The position numbers and the translations under genes were made by a program. 64,000 bases of DNA from Nitrosopumilus sp. (GTDB lineage: Archaea; Thermoproteota; Nitrososphaeria; Nitrososphaerales; Nitrosopumilaceae), in the NCBI GenBank assembly GCA_965203315.1, contig OZ241857.1:384001-448000 (forward strand). The letters run 5' to 3'. Of the stretch, positions 21,125 through 30,856 are shown one piece after another. Within the stretch, counting starts at the first letter, position 1. Every line of letters begins with the position of its first letter. Under the pieces are notes generated by a model. The model saw nothing but the letters and a program-made list of their open reading frames with translations. It was not told where the DNA came from and made no database searches.

Positions 21125-22291
21125 ATGCCATATATGGATTACAACTCTACAACACCCATAGACACTCGTGTGTTAGACATAATGAACAAAACATATACTG
21201 AACACTTTGGAAACCCATCGAGTACACACCCGGTAGGAATTGATGCAGATGATCTCTTAAATACAGCACGGGAAAATGTATCGGCACTAGTAAATGCTAA
21301 ATCAAACGACGTGATATTTACTTCAGGAGCTACAGAAGCCAACAATATGGTGATATCATGGATCGGAACAAAGAGTGATAAGCCAAACCGTCTCCTATAT
21401 GGATCCACAGAACACAAGTCAATAATTGAGACTTCCACTTACATGTCCAAAAAATTTGGACTCGAAATAAAACCAATCCCAGTAACAACGGATGGTGTTA
21501 TAGATATAGAAAGATACAAAGAACTCTTGGATGAATCATCTACAGATATCGTATCAGTGATGGCGGCAAATAGTGAGACGGGTGTAATTAATCCAATCAA
21601 AAAAATTGCTCACCTAGCTAAATCTCATGGCGCTATATTTCACTGTGATGCTACACAAGCTGTAGGTAGAATTCCTTTTGATATGAATGATCTAGATATC
21701 GATATTGTCACAATGAGCAGTCATAAAATTTATGGTCCAAAAGGTGTAGGAGCCCTAATTGCAAACAGATCAATCCGAAGGCAGTTGAGTCCTCTGATTC
21801 ATGGCGGAGGTCAAGAAGGAAATCTGCGTAGTGGTACAGAGAATGTTCCAGGCATAGTTGGATTCTCAAAGGCATGTGAGATAGCAATATCTGAAGGATT
21901 AGATGACTCTAAACGACAAGCAGATATGCGTGATAATCTAGAATCCCATTTGATATCATCACTAGATAATGTTACTGTAAATGGTGGTAATGTGGATCGC
22001 ATACCTAACACAACAAACCTAAGAATCGCCGGTGCTCTGGCCGATGCAGTAGTCGTAAACTTGAAAGAGACAGATATCTCAACTGGCAGTGCATGTTCAT
22101 CATCTACAATGGAGCCTTCACATGTACTAATTGCTATGGGTTTAACTAGAGATCAAGCAGATGAATCAATTCGTATATCTGTTGGAAGACCTACAACGCA
22201 ACAAGATGTGTACACGACAATTAGAGATATCATACAATCAGCTACATATGTTAGGCAAAAAGAGACAGAGATCACAGGACGTGTAATATGA
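21125..22291 (+). CDS. Cysteine desulfurase (IscS/DndA/SspA-like)
   Basis: YMDYNSTT, FTSGATEANN, SSHKIYGPKG (PLP lysine), STGSACSS (catalytic Cys). Confidence 0.95.
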   Translation: MPYMDYNSTTPIDTRVLDIMNKTYTEHFGNPSSTHPVGIDADDLLNTARENVSALVNAKSNDVIFTSGATEANNMVISWIGTKSDKPNRLLYGSTEHKSIIETSTYMSKKFGLEIKPIPVTTDGVIDIERYKELLDESSTDIVSVMAANSETGVINPIKKIAHLAKSHGAIFHCDATQAVGRIPFDMNDLDIDIVTMSSHKIYGPKGVGALIANRSIRRQLSPLIHGGGQEGNLRSGTENVPGIVGFSKACEIAISEGLDDSKRQADMRDNLESHLISSLDNVTVNGGNVDRIPNTTNLRIAGALADAVVVNLKETDISTGSACSSSTMEPSHVLIAMGLTRDQADESIRISVGRPTTQQDVYTTIRDIIQSATYVRQKETEITGRVI

Positions 22292-23253
22292 TGCTAATTA
22301 CCGAGGCTGTTCCCGCACCATCATTTTCACGACATGAATCATTTCATCTTCGATATGGTTGGCTCAAGAAAGCATATAATCAAGTAATGCAAGATAGTTC
22401 TATATTCAAACGTGATAACGCCCCTATCAAACTTGGTGTAGGAAAAAATATGGTACGCGCCATAAAGTTTTGGGGATTGGCTAGTAAAATATTGGAGATA
22501 GACTCTCAAACAAAGCATGGTCCTGTAATATCTACGTCTCTTGGCCATTACATATTTGCCGATAATGGACTCGATCCATACATCGAGAATCCAAACACGC
22601 TATGGCTTTTGCATTGGCTATTACTTGCTCCTCCGTGTAGACTTCCTGTATGGTGGTTAATCATGAACCGATTTACTGCAACAAACATCAAAGTAAATGA
22701 TCTTATAGACACAGTCACAAATCAGATCACAAACATTAGTGAATGGGCTTCGCCTAGCCCAAATTCTATAAAAAAAGATATTGATGTATTCATCCATACC
22801 TACACTACTAGACGAGATAAGATGTCCATAGAAGAATACTTGGACTGTCCTTTACGCCAAATTCACATACTTAAACAAAATTCTAAAGACGAGATACGCT
22901 TCATCTATGGCGAAAAATATGGATTGTCCCCTTTTGTGGTAGCATTTGCCTGTCTAGACTTTATAGACAGAGCAAACATTCAATCTAAGAGCGTATCTGT
23001 AAGTAAACTTGCGACAGAATATGGTGGTGTTGGGAACACATTCAAGATTACTGAACACGATTTAACAAAAATGTTGTTGGAAACCTCTAATCAAACTAGT
23101 ATTTTGTCAGTACAAAATATTGCGGGTCTGCCACATTTAACATTCAAAAGCACTGCAAAAGAAGCTTCATTAAAAATATTGGCAGAAATGTATGGCAAGA
23201 AGCGATTACCACACATCAAATCTTTATCAGAATTAAAGGTGATTATTCAATGA
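22288..23253 (+). CDS. sspB: DUF4007 protein (SspB-like)
   Basis: FSRHESFHLRYGWLKK, LGVGKNMVRAIKFW, DPYIE, TLWLLHW. Confidence 0.85.
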   Translation: MMLITEAVPAPSFSRHESFHLRYGWLKKAYNQVMQDSSIFKRDNAPIKLGVGKNMVRAIKFWGLASKILEIDSQTKHGPVISTSLGHYIFADNGLDPYIENPNTLWLLHWLLLAPPCRLPVWWLIMNRFTATNIKVNDLIDTVTNQITNISEWASPSPNSIKKDIDVFIHTYTTRRDKMSIEEYLDCPLRQIHILKQNSKDEIRFIYGEKYGLSPFVVAFACLDFIDRANIQSKSVSVSKLATEYGGVGNTFKITEHDLTKMLLETSNQTSILSVQNIAGLPHLTFKSTAKEASLKILAEMYGKKRLPHIKSLSELKVIIQ

Positions 23254-26200
23254 CAACTCTACAAAAGACTAAAAAGAAGACTAAACCACTATCTCGTCTA
23301 GTCACCACCATCCAAAAGCCAAACGCTTCTACAAATGTAGAGCATGATGATATTATCTCTTTAAAACAGTACTTTCCAGGTCCCAGTACACTAGATGTAA
23401 TCAAGCGGTTTGCAAACAGTCTTACTAACTCCAAAAATGGAGTAATGTTATCGATAACTGGTCCTTATGGATCTGGCAAATCCACCATGGCAACATTTCT
23501 AAAAGGATTAACGTCGTCTAGATCTACTACAGAATGGCAGACATCTCACCACATATTGAAGAAGATCGCTCCAGACATAGATAAACTACTTGTAGATGGA
23601 AGAAGACTCACCGAGACTGATGAACGTGGACTATTAACGTGTGCAATATCTGCAAGACGTGAACCACTATCTATAACAATACTTCGTGCTTTACATAAAG
23701 GGGCAGAACAATACTTTGGTAGATATACAAACAAGCATTTTGCAAATGCTGATCTTCTTGTACACGCGATCAATAATTTGGACAAAACACCTCCAAAAAC
23801 CAGCGATATCATAGAGATCATATCTAGTATGTGTCAAGTATCTCCTGTACTGTTATTGATAGATGAGTTTGGGAAGAATATAGAGTATTTTACAGTTGAT
23901 GGGACAGAAAACAGCGATCTGTTTCTTTTGCAACAACTTGCAGAGATGTCTGGTCGCGGAAGAAGAGTACCGTTATCGATCATAACGCTGCAACATATGG
24001 CTTTTGAAGAATACGTGGGTGTATCAATGAATCAAAAACGGGAATGGTCCAAGATTCAAGGCAGATTTGAAGATATACCTTTTGCAAACTCGCCAGATCA
24101 AATACGCCTGCTAATCTCAAAGAGCATACGTATTGACAACTCGATCGCTAGTAACAAAATCATTAAAAGATGGGCAGAACAGCAGTTAAAGAAATTACAA
24201 CATATTGTAAATAATGAGTCTAGTACAGATTTAATTGCAGCTTGTTACCCACTAGATCCATTATCTCTTGAAATTCTTCCTGAACTGTGTACTAGGTACG
24301 GTCAACATGAGCGAACATTATTGTCATTTATCACAAGTGGTGGTAAACACACAGTTGCGACATTTATAGATCAAAATACGTGGGACAATACCGCCAGATT
24401 ACCCACAATGAGTATTGATGTACTCTATGATTATTTCATAAGGGACACTAGTATGATTCATTCTAATTCTAACATAACTAGACTGATGGAGATTGAAACA
24501 ATAATCCGTGACGCACACGGTTTAACCGATCTTGAGACCAAAACACTCAAAGTCATAGGATTAATAAATTTAATTAGCACGTCTGGAAATCTACGTGCGT
24601 CTCAAAGAGTGATCGAGTATGCAATCGGATGTAATCCGAATTTAATCTTGAAGAAACTGGAAAAAAGATCCATCATTACATTTAGAAAACATGCTGATGA
24701 ATATAGGATATGGCGTGGCACAGACATTGATATTGCTGTCAATTTAGAGATACAGAGCAAGCGATATCAAAATACCCCTCTTCTAGAAATATTAAATCAA
24801 ACAATACGTATTGATGCAATAGTAGCTGCCAAACATAATATTGAAACTGGCAGTATGAGGCTCTTTGAGAGACGGTTTGCTGATGGTTCAAACACTGTTC
24901 ATGTCGATGATGCTTATGATGGCGCAATCATTTATAGAATTGCTAACTGTGCAATCCCAAAGGCTAACAAACCAATAATTGTGATCGACGCACAAGATTT
25001 TACTGATCTTCGTGTTGCGAGTATACAAGTTATGGCTATTCAAGATACTTTAAACGATGAGACTGTTGTTAATGATTGGGTAGCTACAAAAGAACTGCGT
25101 GAGAGACTTGCAGATGCTGAGACGAGAATGGATCAAGTGTTTAACAGCACGTACGGCTACGATGCTCGATGGTCATATCTTGGTAAGAATAAAGCAATCG
25201 GAAACGACACACTCAGTTCAATAGTATCCAAAGTTTGTGATGTCGCGTACAATCAAACACCAAAGATTTACAACGAGATGATCAACCGTAATGTAATATC
25301 TAGTCAAGGGATTACAGCTAGGAAAAATCTATTTGACAGAATGCTCACTAGTCCACATAAACATTCTTTTGGTATTGAAGGCTGGGGTCCTGAAAGAGCA
25401 CTTTATGAAGCCATGTTTGCAAAAAAGATTCATGTTGGTAAATTTAACTCAGAGTGGAAGTTACAAGATGTTAACGACGAATCCTTGACGCCTTCTTGGA
25501 ACATGATGCTTGATACAATCAGATCTTCAAAGACGCGCGTATCGATATTTGATATATATGAAAAATGTAAATTACCTCCGTATGGAATCAAAGAAGGAGT
25601 CATACCGTTATTTGTTATTCCTATTCTTTTAATACACAAAGATAACATCGCCGTGTATGAACATGGATCATACGTTCCAAAGATTACTATTGAAGTTATA
25701 GAAAGAATGGTCAAAAACCCTGTTCATTTTGAGGTAAAGTATTTCAAACTGACCCCATCAAAGAAGCAACTAATTCAAACAGTATCAAATGATCTAGGAA
25801 TAAAGACAAATTCAAGTATACTTGGTATTGTGAGTCACATTGTAAGAATAGTCTCTACATTACCCCCGTATGTGATCAAGACGCAGAGGTTGAACAAAAA
25901 CACACTAGCTGTAAAGGGTTCCATCATATCGGCAATAGAGCCAGATGTATTGTTGTTTCATACGCTTCCAAAAGCACTTGGTTTTAAGCCATTTTCTACT
26001 AGCGTCTCGGATAAAGATATTATAAAGTTCTCTAAAACACTCGCAAATTCAGTCAAGACACTGCAAAATGAATTCGACAAGACACTTGACGATGTTATAG
26101 ATATGTTATATGAAACAACGGGCATATACGATCGAGCAAAATTATCAAAGTTAGCCAAAATGATGTTAGATGACGTCACAAACAAAACGATGAAGACTTT

Positions 26201-26588
26201 TCTAAGCGCAATATCTACTGATGCATTGGAGAGTGATTATGATTGGATCAAATACGTTGCATTGAGTCTAACTGACATACCTCCTGCAAACTGGAAAGAC
26301 GAACAGAGATTGATGTTTGAGAACAAGCTTGCAGAAATATCGAGTCAATTTAATAGACTAGCCTCACTACATTTTGCAAATATTGTAGATGCTTTTGAAA
26401 CACCTTATTGCCAAATAACCATCACACATGCAGATGGTAATGAAGAACACAAGATGGTTGCCTTGAATCCTGAGCGAAAGAAGGTTATAGAAAAAGAAGC
26501 AAAGAACATACTTCGATCATTAAAAAAGAAAGGCTTTTCTGTTAAAGATAGAGACGCTTTAGTGGCTATCCTAAGTTCTGAAGACTGA
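23250..26588 (+). CDS. sspC: Large P-loop ATPase (SspC-like)
   Basis: Walker A GPYGSGKST, Walker B LLIDEFGK, EWSKIQGRF, QHERTLLSF, PPYGIKEG; lies between DUF4007 and PAPS-reductase genes. Confidence 0.8.
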   Translation: MTTLQKTKKKTKPLSRLVTTIQKPNASTNVEHDDIISLKQYFPGPSTLDVIKRFANSLTNSKNGVMLSITGPYGSGKSTMATFLKGLTSSRSTTEWQTSHHILKKIAPDIDKLLVDGRRLTETDERGLLTCAISARREPLSITILRALHKGAEQYFGRYTNKHFANADLLVHAINNLDKTPPKTSDIIEIISSMCQVSPVLLLIDEFGKNIEYFTVDGTENSDLFLLQQLAEMSGRGRRVPLSIITLQHMAFEEYVGVSMNQKREWSKIQGRFEDIPFANSPDQIRLLISKSIRIDNSIASNKIIKRWAEQQLKKLQHIVNNESSTDLIAACYPLDPLSLEILPELCTRYGQHERTLLSFITSGGKHTVATFIDQNTWDNTARLPTMSIDVLYDYFIRDTSMIHSNSNITRLMEIETIIRDAHGLTDLETKTLKVIGLINLISTSGNLRASQRVIEYAIGCNPNLILKKLEKRSIITFRKHADEYRIWRGTDIDIAVNLEIQSKRYQNTPLLEILNQTIRIDAIVAAKHNIETGSMRLFERRFADGSNTVHVDDAYDGAIIYRIANCAIPKANKPIIVIDAQDFTDLRVASIQVMAIQDTLNDETVVNDWVATKELRERLADAETRMDQVFNSTYGYDARWSYLGKNKAIGNDTLSSIVSKVCDVAYNQTPKIYNEMINRNVISSQGITARKNLFDRMLTSPHKHSFGIEGWGPERALYEAMFAKKIHVGKFNSEWKLQDVNDESLTPSWNMMLDTIRSSKTRVSIFDIYEKCKLPPYGIKEGVIPLFVIPILLIHKDNIAVYEHGSYVPKITIEVIERMVKNPVHFEVKYFKLTPSKKQLIQTVSNDLGIKTNSSILGIVSHIVRIVSTLPPYVIKTQRLNKNTLAVKGSIISAIEPDVLLFHTLPKALGFKPFSTSVSDKDIIKFSKTLANSVKTLQNEFDKTLDDVIDMLYETTGIYDRAKLSKLAKMMLDDVTNKTMKTFLSAISTDALESDYDWIKYVALSLTDIPPANWKDEQRLMFENKLAEISSQFNRLASLHFANIVDAFETPYCQITITHADGNEEHKMVALNPERKKVIEKEAKNILRSLKKKGFSVKDRDALVAILSSED

Positions 26589-26785
26589 TTCCATAGCGAA
26601 TCAACTATGCAATCTCTTAATTGATAAAGCACTAAAAATTGATGTTGTTAAATCGTTTTACGCATCATTCTATAACGCGGAATTAAAAAGTTACATCTCG
26701 TACTCCATATCCATATCTCTTGCAAAACTATGCTCGATCTAAACTTTTAGAAAATTTTAATAAATAGCAATATGATCTTAGATGT

Positions 26786-27625
26786 GTGGTTAGGCATGTC
26801 TGTGGCATATCTGGAGGTAAAGACTCTAGTGCTCTTGCTGTATATATGAGAGACAAAGTTCCAGACATGGAGTATTTCTTTTGTGATACGGGTGCCGAGT
26901 TGCCAGAGACTTATACATATCTTGCAAAGCTCGAGGTAGTACTAGGTAAAAAGATCGCCAAACTCAATTCAACACGTAGTTTCGATCACTATTTTGAAGT
27001 CTTTCGTGGAACTCTGCCATCGCCACAGATGCGTTGGTGTACAACAATGCTAAAGATAAAGCCACTCGAAGAGTGGATAGGCGAGGATGAAGTAATATCG
27101 TATGTAGCCATACGTGCAGACGAAAAGAACAGGACTGGATATGTGTCTACAAAGCCCAACATAACTACTGTATTTCCATTCATTGAAGACGACATAGATC
27201 ATTCAGGCGTAATCAGGATACTTGAAGATGCTGGAATTAATCTTCCAGAGTACTATGAGTGGCGAACTCGTTCTGGTTGTTACTTTTGTTTCTTTCAGCG
27301 AAAAGCAGAATGGGTAGGTCTAGCAGACAAGCATCCTGATCTCTTTGAACGTGCAGTTGCAATAGAACAAAAGATACTCAAAGATGCAGGTGTTGCAGGA
27401 GATGCAGATTTTAAATCAAGTGGAATGAAAGGTCGTCAGTATACGTGGTCACAAGGAGAGACACTCCCGGAACTCTTGTCTAGAAGAGAAGAGATAATGA
27501 AGAATCATCAAGAGAGCATCAAGAGAGCAAAATCAAAGCGAAAGAATCTACCTCTGATCGAAGTTCTCTCAGATGCTCTAGATGACGATGACGAGTCTAC
27601 ACCGTGTACTATGTGTCATCTGTGA
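26786..27625 (+). CDS. sspD: PAPS-reductase-family protein (SspD-like)
   Basis: GISGGKDS, DTGAELPETY, RWCT, RSGCYFCFFQ, C-terminal CTMC. Confidence 0.85.
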   Translation: MVRHVCGISGGKDSSALAVYMRDKVPDMEYFFCDTGAELPETYTYLAKLEVVLGKKIAKLNSTRSFDHYFEVFRGTLPSPQMRWCTTMLKIKPLEEWIGEDEVISYVAIRADEKNRTGYVSTKPNITTVFPFIEDDIDHSGVIRILEDAGINLPEYYEWRTRSGCYFCFFQRKAEWVGLADKHPDLFERAVAIEQKILKDAGVAGDADFKSSGMKGRQYTWSQGETLPELLSRREEIMKNHQESIKRAKSKRKNLPLIEVLSDALDDDDESTPCTMCHL

Positions 27626-28063
27626 ACTTGCACATAATTCGAGTACAATCAAACTTTTCAGATTATTGAACAATTTCGGCCATCCACAAGCATGTGCTGT
27701 ACAAATAATGTTTTGTTAATTTTGCAAGGATTGAGAGCGATGTGACACTATTTCAAGTAGCGTATATGCCGAAGTGCAAAAGTATTTTCCAAAAAATCAC
27801 TACACATATCTCAGTGAGGATCTCTTAGATTTACATGAGATAGAATGGTTACAGAAAAAACACTACAAGATCTTATAAGGGAAAATTAGAAAAAACCTTA
27901 TGAAATGTCATCGCACGTAAACAGAAAAGATTCATCATGATATGTCCTAATCAACAATTACAGTTAGAAACAAAATGACCACAAACATGTTTTTGTACTT
28001 GACTATACATGTTCATTGAGATCAAAGCACCTTGTTCTCAACCAGTTACTTCATTAACATAAT

Positions 28064-29701
28064 CTACGAATGAAATATCCGCCTCAAGCTAGAACCGCAA
28101 CTAGGACATACTCGTCGATCATGGATCAGTTCACAAGATACACAGCAAAACTCTAGTGAACTCTTGGTCTGATTGCTAGACTTTAACTTGACTATCTCTG
28201 ATTTTAACTCTTCAATCTCTGATCGTACTAGATCATAAGCAGACTCGTTTCTAGTCTCTTCTAGTTTTCGTAATCTCTGTACCTCTTGCGTCAAATGGTC
28301 AAAGTCGACTAGTTTGTTTGTCATCTCTACCTTTATCTTTTGAATATCATCACCCTTGTTCGTTAGACTTGCAAATCTAGTAAAAATATTGATCATGTAC
28401 GATGCTTTGGCAAACTCTTCACGCATCGCCTCTGGATATAGTACATGTTGTTTCTCGTACGAGTCTTTGGGCTTGTGTCCTATAACATGCTCTGCGACAT
28501 CTGCACGACATCCTGCAACTATTAATGTGGACTTTAATAGATCTCGCATCTCGTGTGGCCCTGCACGATTCTTGCCACCATATATCTTGGTACGAATGAT
28601 CTCTGCTTTGTTGCCGAGTTTTATGAAGCGATTATGAACCCAATAGTGTTTTATGGGAACGCATTTGTTGGTTATGAATAATGGCTGATCAGCAGACATT
28701 GGCTTACCTGTGACTTTGTATCTGTGCTTCAGATATGGTATCAATGCAGATACTGCATCTCGGTCTATATATCCTGAATGTTTATAGTCGGTCTTGACGC
28801 GTACCAAACTTATCGGTACAGGACAACGCGACAGATCCCACATCTCATAGTTTTCACCACCAAAGTGTTTCGCAATTTGTTCCCACGCGTCATAGTTGAA
28901 TCGATCAATAGTAGTAGATATGTCCATACCACGCTGAAACATGCACAAGAATAATGCTTTGTCTAGTACAGTGGGATTTCCATGTGTAAGCATGGCCAGT
29001 AAATCTGATAATGTAAACGACTTTTCTGCCACAAGTGTGGAGTGATTGACTTTGGGGTTATACTTGATGTTTAGATCACGATCATGGTGTGCAAAATAGC
29101 TCTTGACTGCAGCTTTTGTGACTACCAAAGAAGCGGCTTTCTTGTGCTTGTGTACCGGATCTTGAAGATATCGTGTAATTATACGAACCGTGTTTGATGG
29201 ATCTGTGCTTGGCTTTTTTGTAAAATGTAACAACTCTTCCACGTTATCGAATTGTTGATGAGTTATCTCTTGAGTATCTGTAGCATGATTGTATCTCTCG
29301 ATCTGATGTGTCTTACCTTGTAGCCATTGATCAAACTGAGTCAGCATAACCAAGTAGGCAGAGCGGGTAGTGCTCTTTGGTTTAGCATGATTGTACTTGC
29401 CACCGTTGAGATAACCCAACCAATATTGTACAGTATCTAGATGAGTTATATCATGTTCAACATACTCTATCTTTTTTGCTAATCCGACAGCAACAGCACG
29501 CTTTAAGGCATTACGAACACATCTGACCATATGATCGTCTGTCACTCCTGCAAACTCTGTGTGACGAGCATCCAGTATAGAGCGTACTGTTATTTTATCA
29601 CCTGGCTGGTAAACCTTCAAGATCTCTGCAAATTTTAAATGTACGTGAGGTATTGTGTTGGGCTCAACTATCTCATAAGTATCCATCATACTATAAGCCA
29701 T
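28064..29701 (-). CDS. Tyrosine recombinase/integrase with C-terminal coiled coil and zinc ribbon
   Basis: RVKT, HEMR (HxxR), IGH, SY; C-terminal CVSC..CPSC. Confidence 0.82.
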   Translation of the reverse strand: MAYSMMDTYEIVEPNTIPHVHLKFAEILKVYQPGDKITVRSILDARHTEFAGVTDDHMVRCVRNALKRAVAVGLAKKIEYVEHDITHLDTVQYWLGYLNGGKYNHAKPKSTTRSAYLVMLTQFDQWLQGKTHQIERYNHATDTQEITHQQFDNVEELLHFTKKPSTDPSNTVRIITRYLQDPVHKHKKAASLVVTKAAVKSYFAHHDRDLNIKYNPKVNHSTLVAEKSFTLSDLLAMLTHGNPTVLDKALFLCMFQRGMDISTTIDRFNYDAWEQIAKHFGGENYEMWDLSRCPVPISLVRVKTDYKHSGYIDRDAVSALIPYLKHRYKVTGKPMSADQPLFITNKCVPIKHYWVHNRFIKLGNKAEIIRTKIYGGKNRAGPHEMRDLLKSTLIVAGCRADVAEHVIGHKPKDSYEKQHVLYPEAMREEFAKASYMINIFTRFASLTNKGDDIQKIKVEMTNKLVDFDHLTQEVQRLRKLEETRNESAYDLVRSEIEELKSEIVKLKSSNQTKSSLEFCCVSCELIHDRRVCPSCGSSLRRIFHS

Positions 29702-29881
29702 TGTAAGATGTTTATAAAATATTTCTCAAGCATAGTGTTTAGAATGATTAAACAAGTACATCAATATGCGATTATAAAGCCATTTGTGAAGCTCGAGAAC
29801 GATATTTTGTAGAGTAACAATGTAGCGCATCTAGTCGTGATGAAATAGTTGAGACAACAATTCATATGAGATCGTGCTGAA

Positions 29882-30343
29882 TTATGTCTGTTGCGATGCC
29901 ACCCTTTCATAATAGTACTCTTGCCGCTTTAGATCTCGCGCGGTAATGATCCTACATTTACGTATGGGAATTAACCGTGATATCTGCTCGTACGTGCGCA
30001 TGTCTCTAATATCTGCAGCATATGCTATCTGTACGAGTGGAGCGCGTTCTTCGATCATTGGTTTTGCCTGCTCATATCCGCTATGTCTCATTCCGGCGCG
30101 ATACAGTCCAATGTTGATATCTCTCTTTGATATCAATGGATCTTGATAGCAACATAGTGAAAAGATATCATCATCATGCTCGATTATTGAGAGACGTGTA
30201 AACATATTGTTCCATACATCAACTTGATCTGCAATAAAACGCGCAATAGTTTTGTCTTCAAACACTGTAGACACTACGAGACGGTCATCTTCGTATGCCC
30301 ACGAGATGCCAAATTTCGTGTACCAATTGATCTCAAAAGTCAT
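29882..30343 (-). CDS. Hypothetical protein
   Basis: 153-aa ORF with AT-rich upstream region; no recognised motif. Confidence 0.55.
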   Translation of the reverse strand: MTFEINWYTKFGISWAYEDDRLVVSTVFEDKTIARFIADQVDVWNNMFTRLSIIEHDDDIFSLCCYQDPLISKRDINIGLYRAGMRHSGYEQAKPMIEERAPLVQIAYAADIRDMRTYEQISRLIPIRKCRIITARDLKRQEYYYERVASQQT

Positions 30344-30856
30344 AAAACAGCCTATTCATGATGTAAATTTAACTCTTAGAGAATGGATGAGCGAGTTACT
30401 GGCAACGCTCTTGTCGTATTTTGAAGATCGGAATGCCTAAAAGACTAGAGATCATACATGTCTAAACGTCAAATTTTCTTTGGGTTGTGTGTATCTAGAT
30501 CTATTTGTGTCACCGCCTCAGTTGCAGATATAACGTTTTAAAAAGATGAATTAAGCAGAGTGTCATAATGTTGAATTAATGTATCTATCTTTTTTAAATA
30601 GATTACTTGTCAAGATCGCATTGTATGGGTTAAATCTCTGGTCAGTCATTTTCATGTTCTGTCTATACAATTCACAGATTCTACATAGTCTGACAAGTTA
30701 TTCGTCTAGTTAACATTGTACTCATTCTTCTAAGTATATGCATCCCTGACTTTATATGACATTCATGGTGACGTCCCAGTTACATGACCTAAAAGAAAAA
30801 TTGAATTGTAAAGTTGAGCCATTCACTTTTCACATATACGAATAAATTACTAGATT

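Noticed and set aside
21125-27625. BREX type 4 or classical DndABCDE interpretation
   Set aside because: No PglZ, BrxL, DndB, SMC-like DndD or DndE recognised; separate DUF4007, large ATPase and short PAPS-reductase genes fit Ssp better
27626-30856. tRNA gene or att site near the integrase
   Set aside because: No cloverleaf, T-loop consensus or direct repeat could be identified by eye
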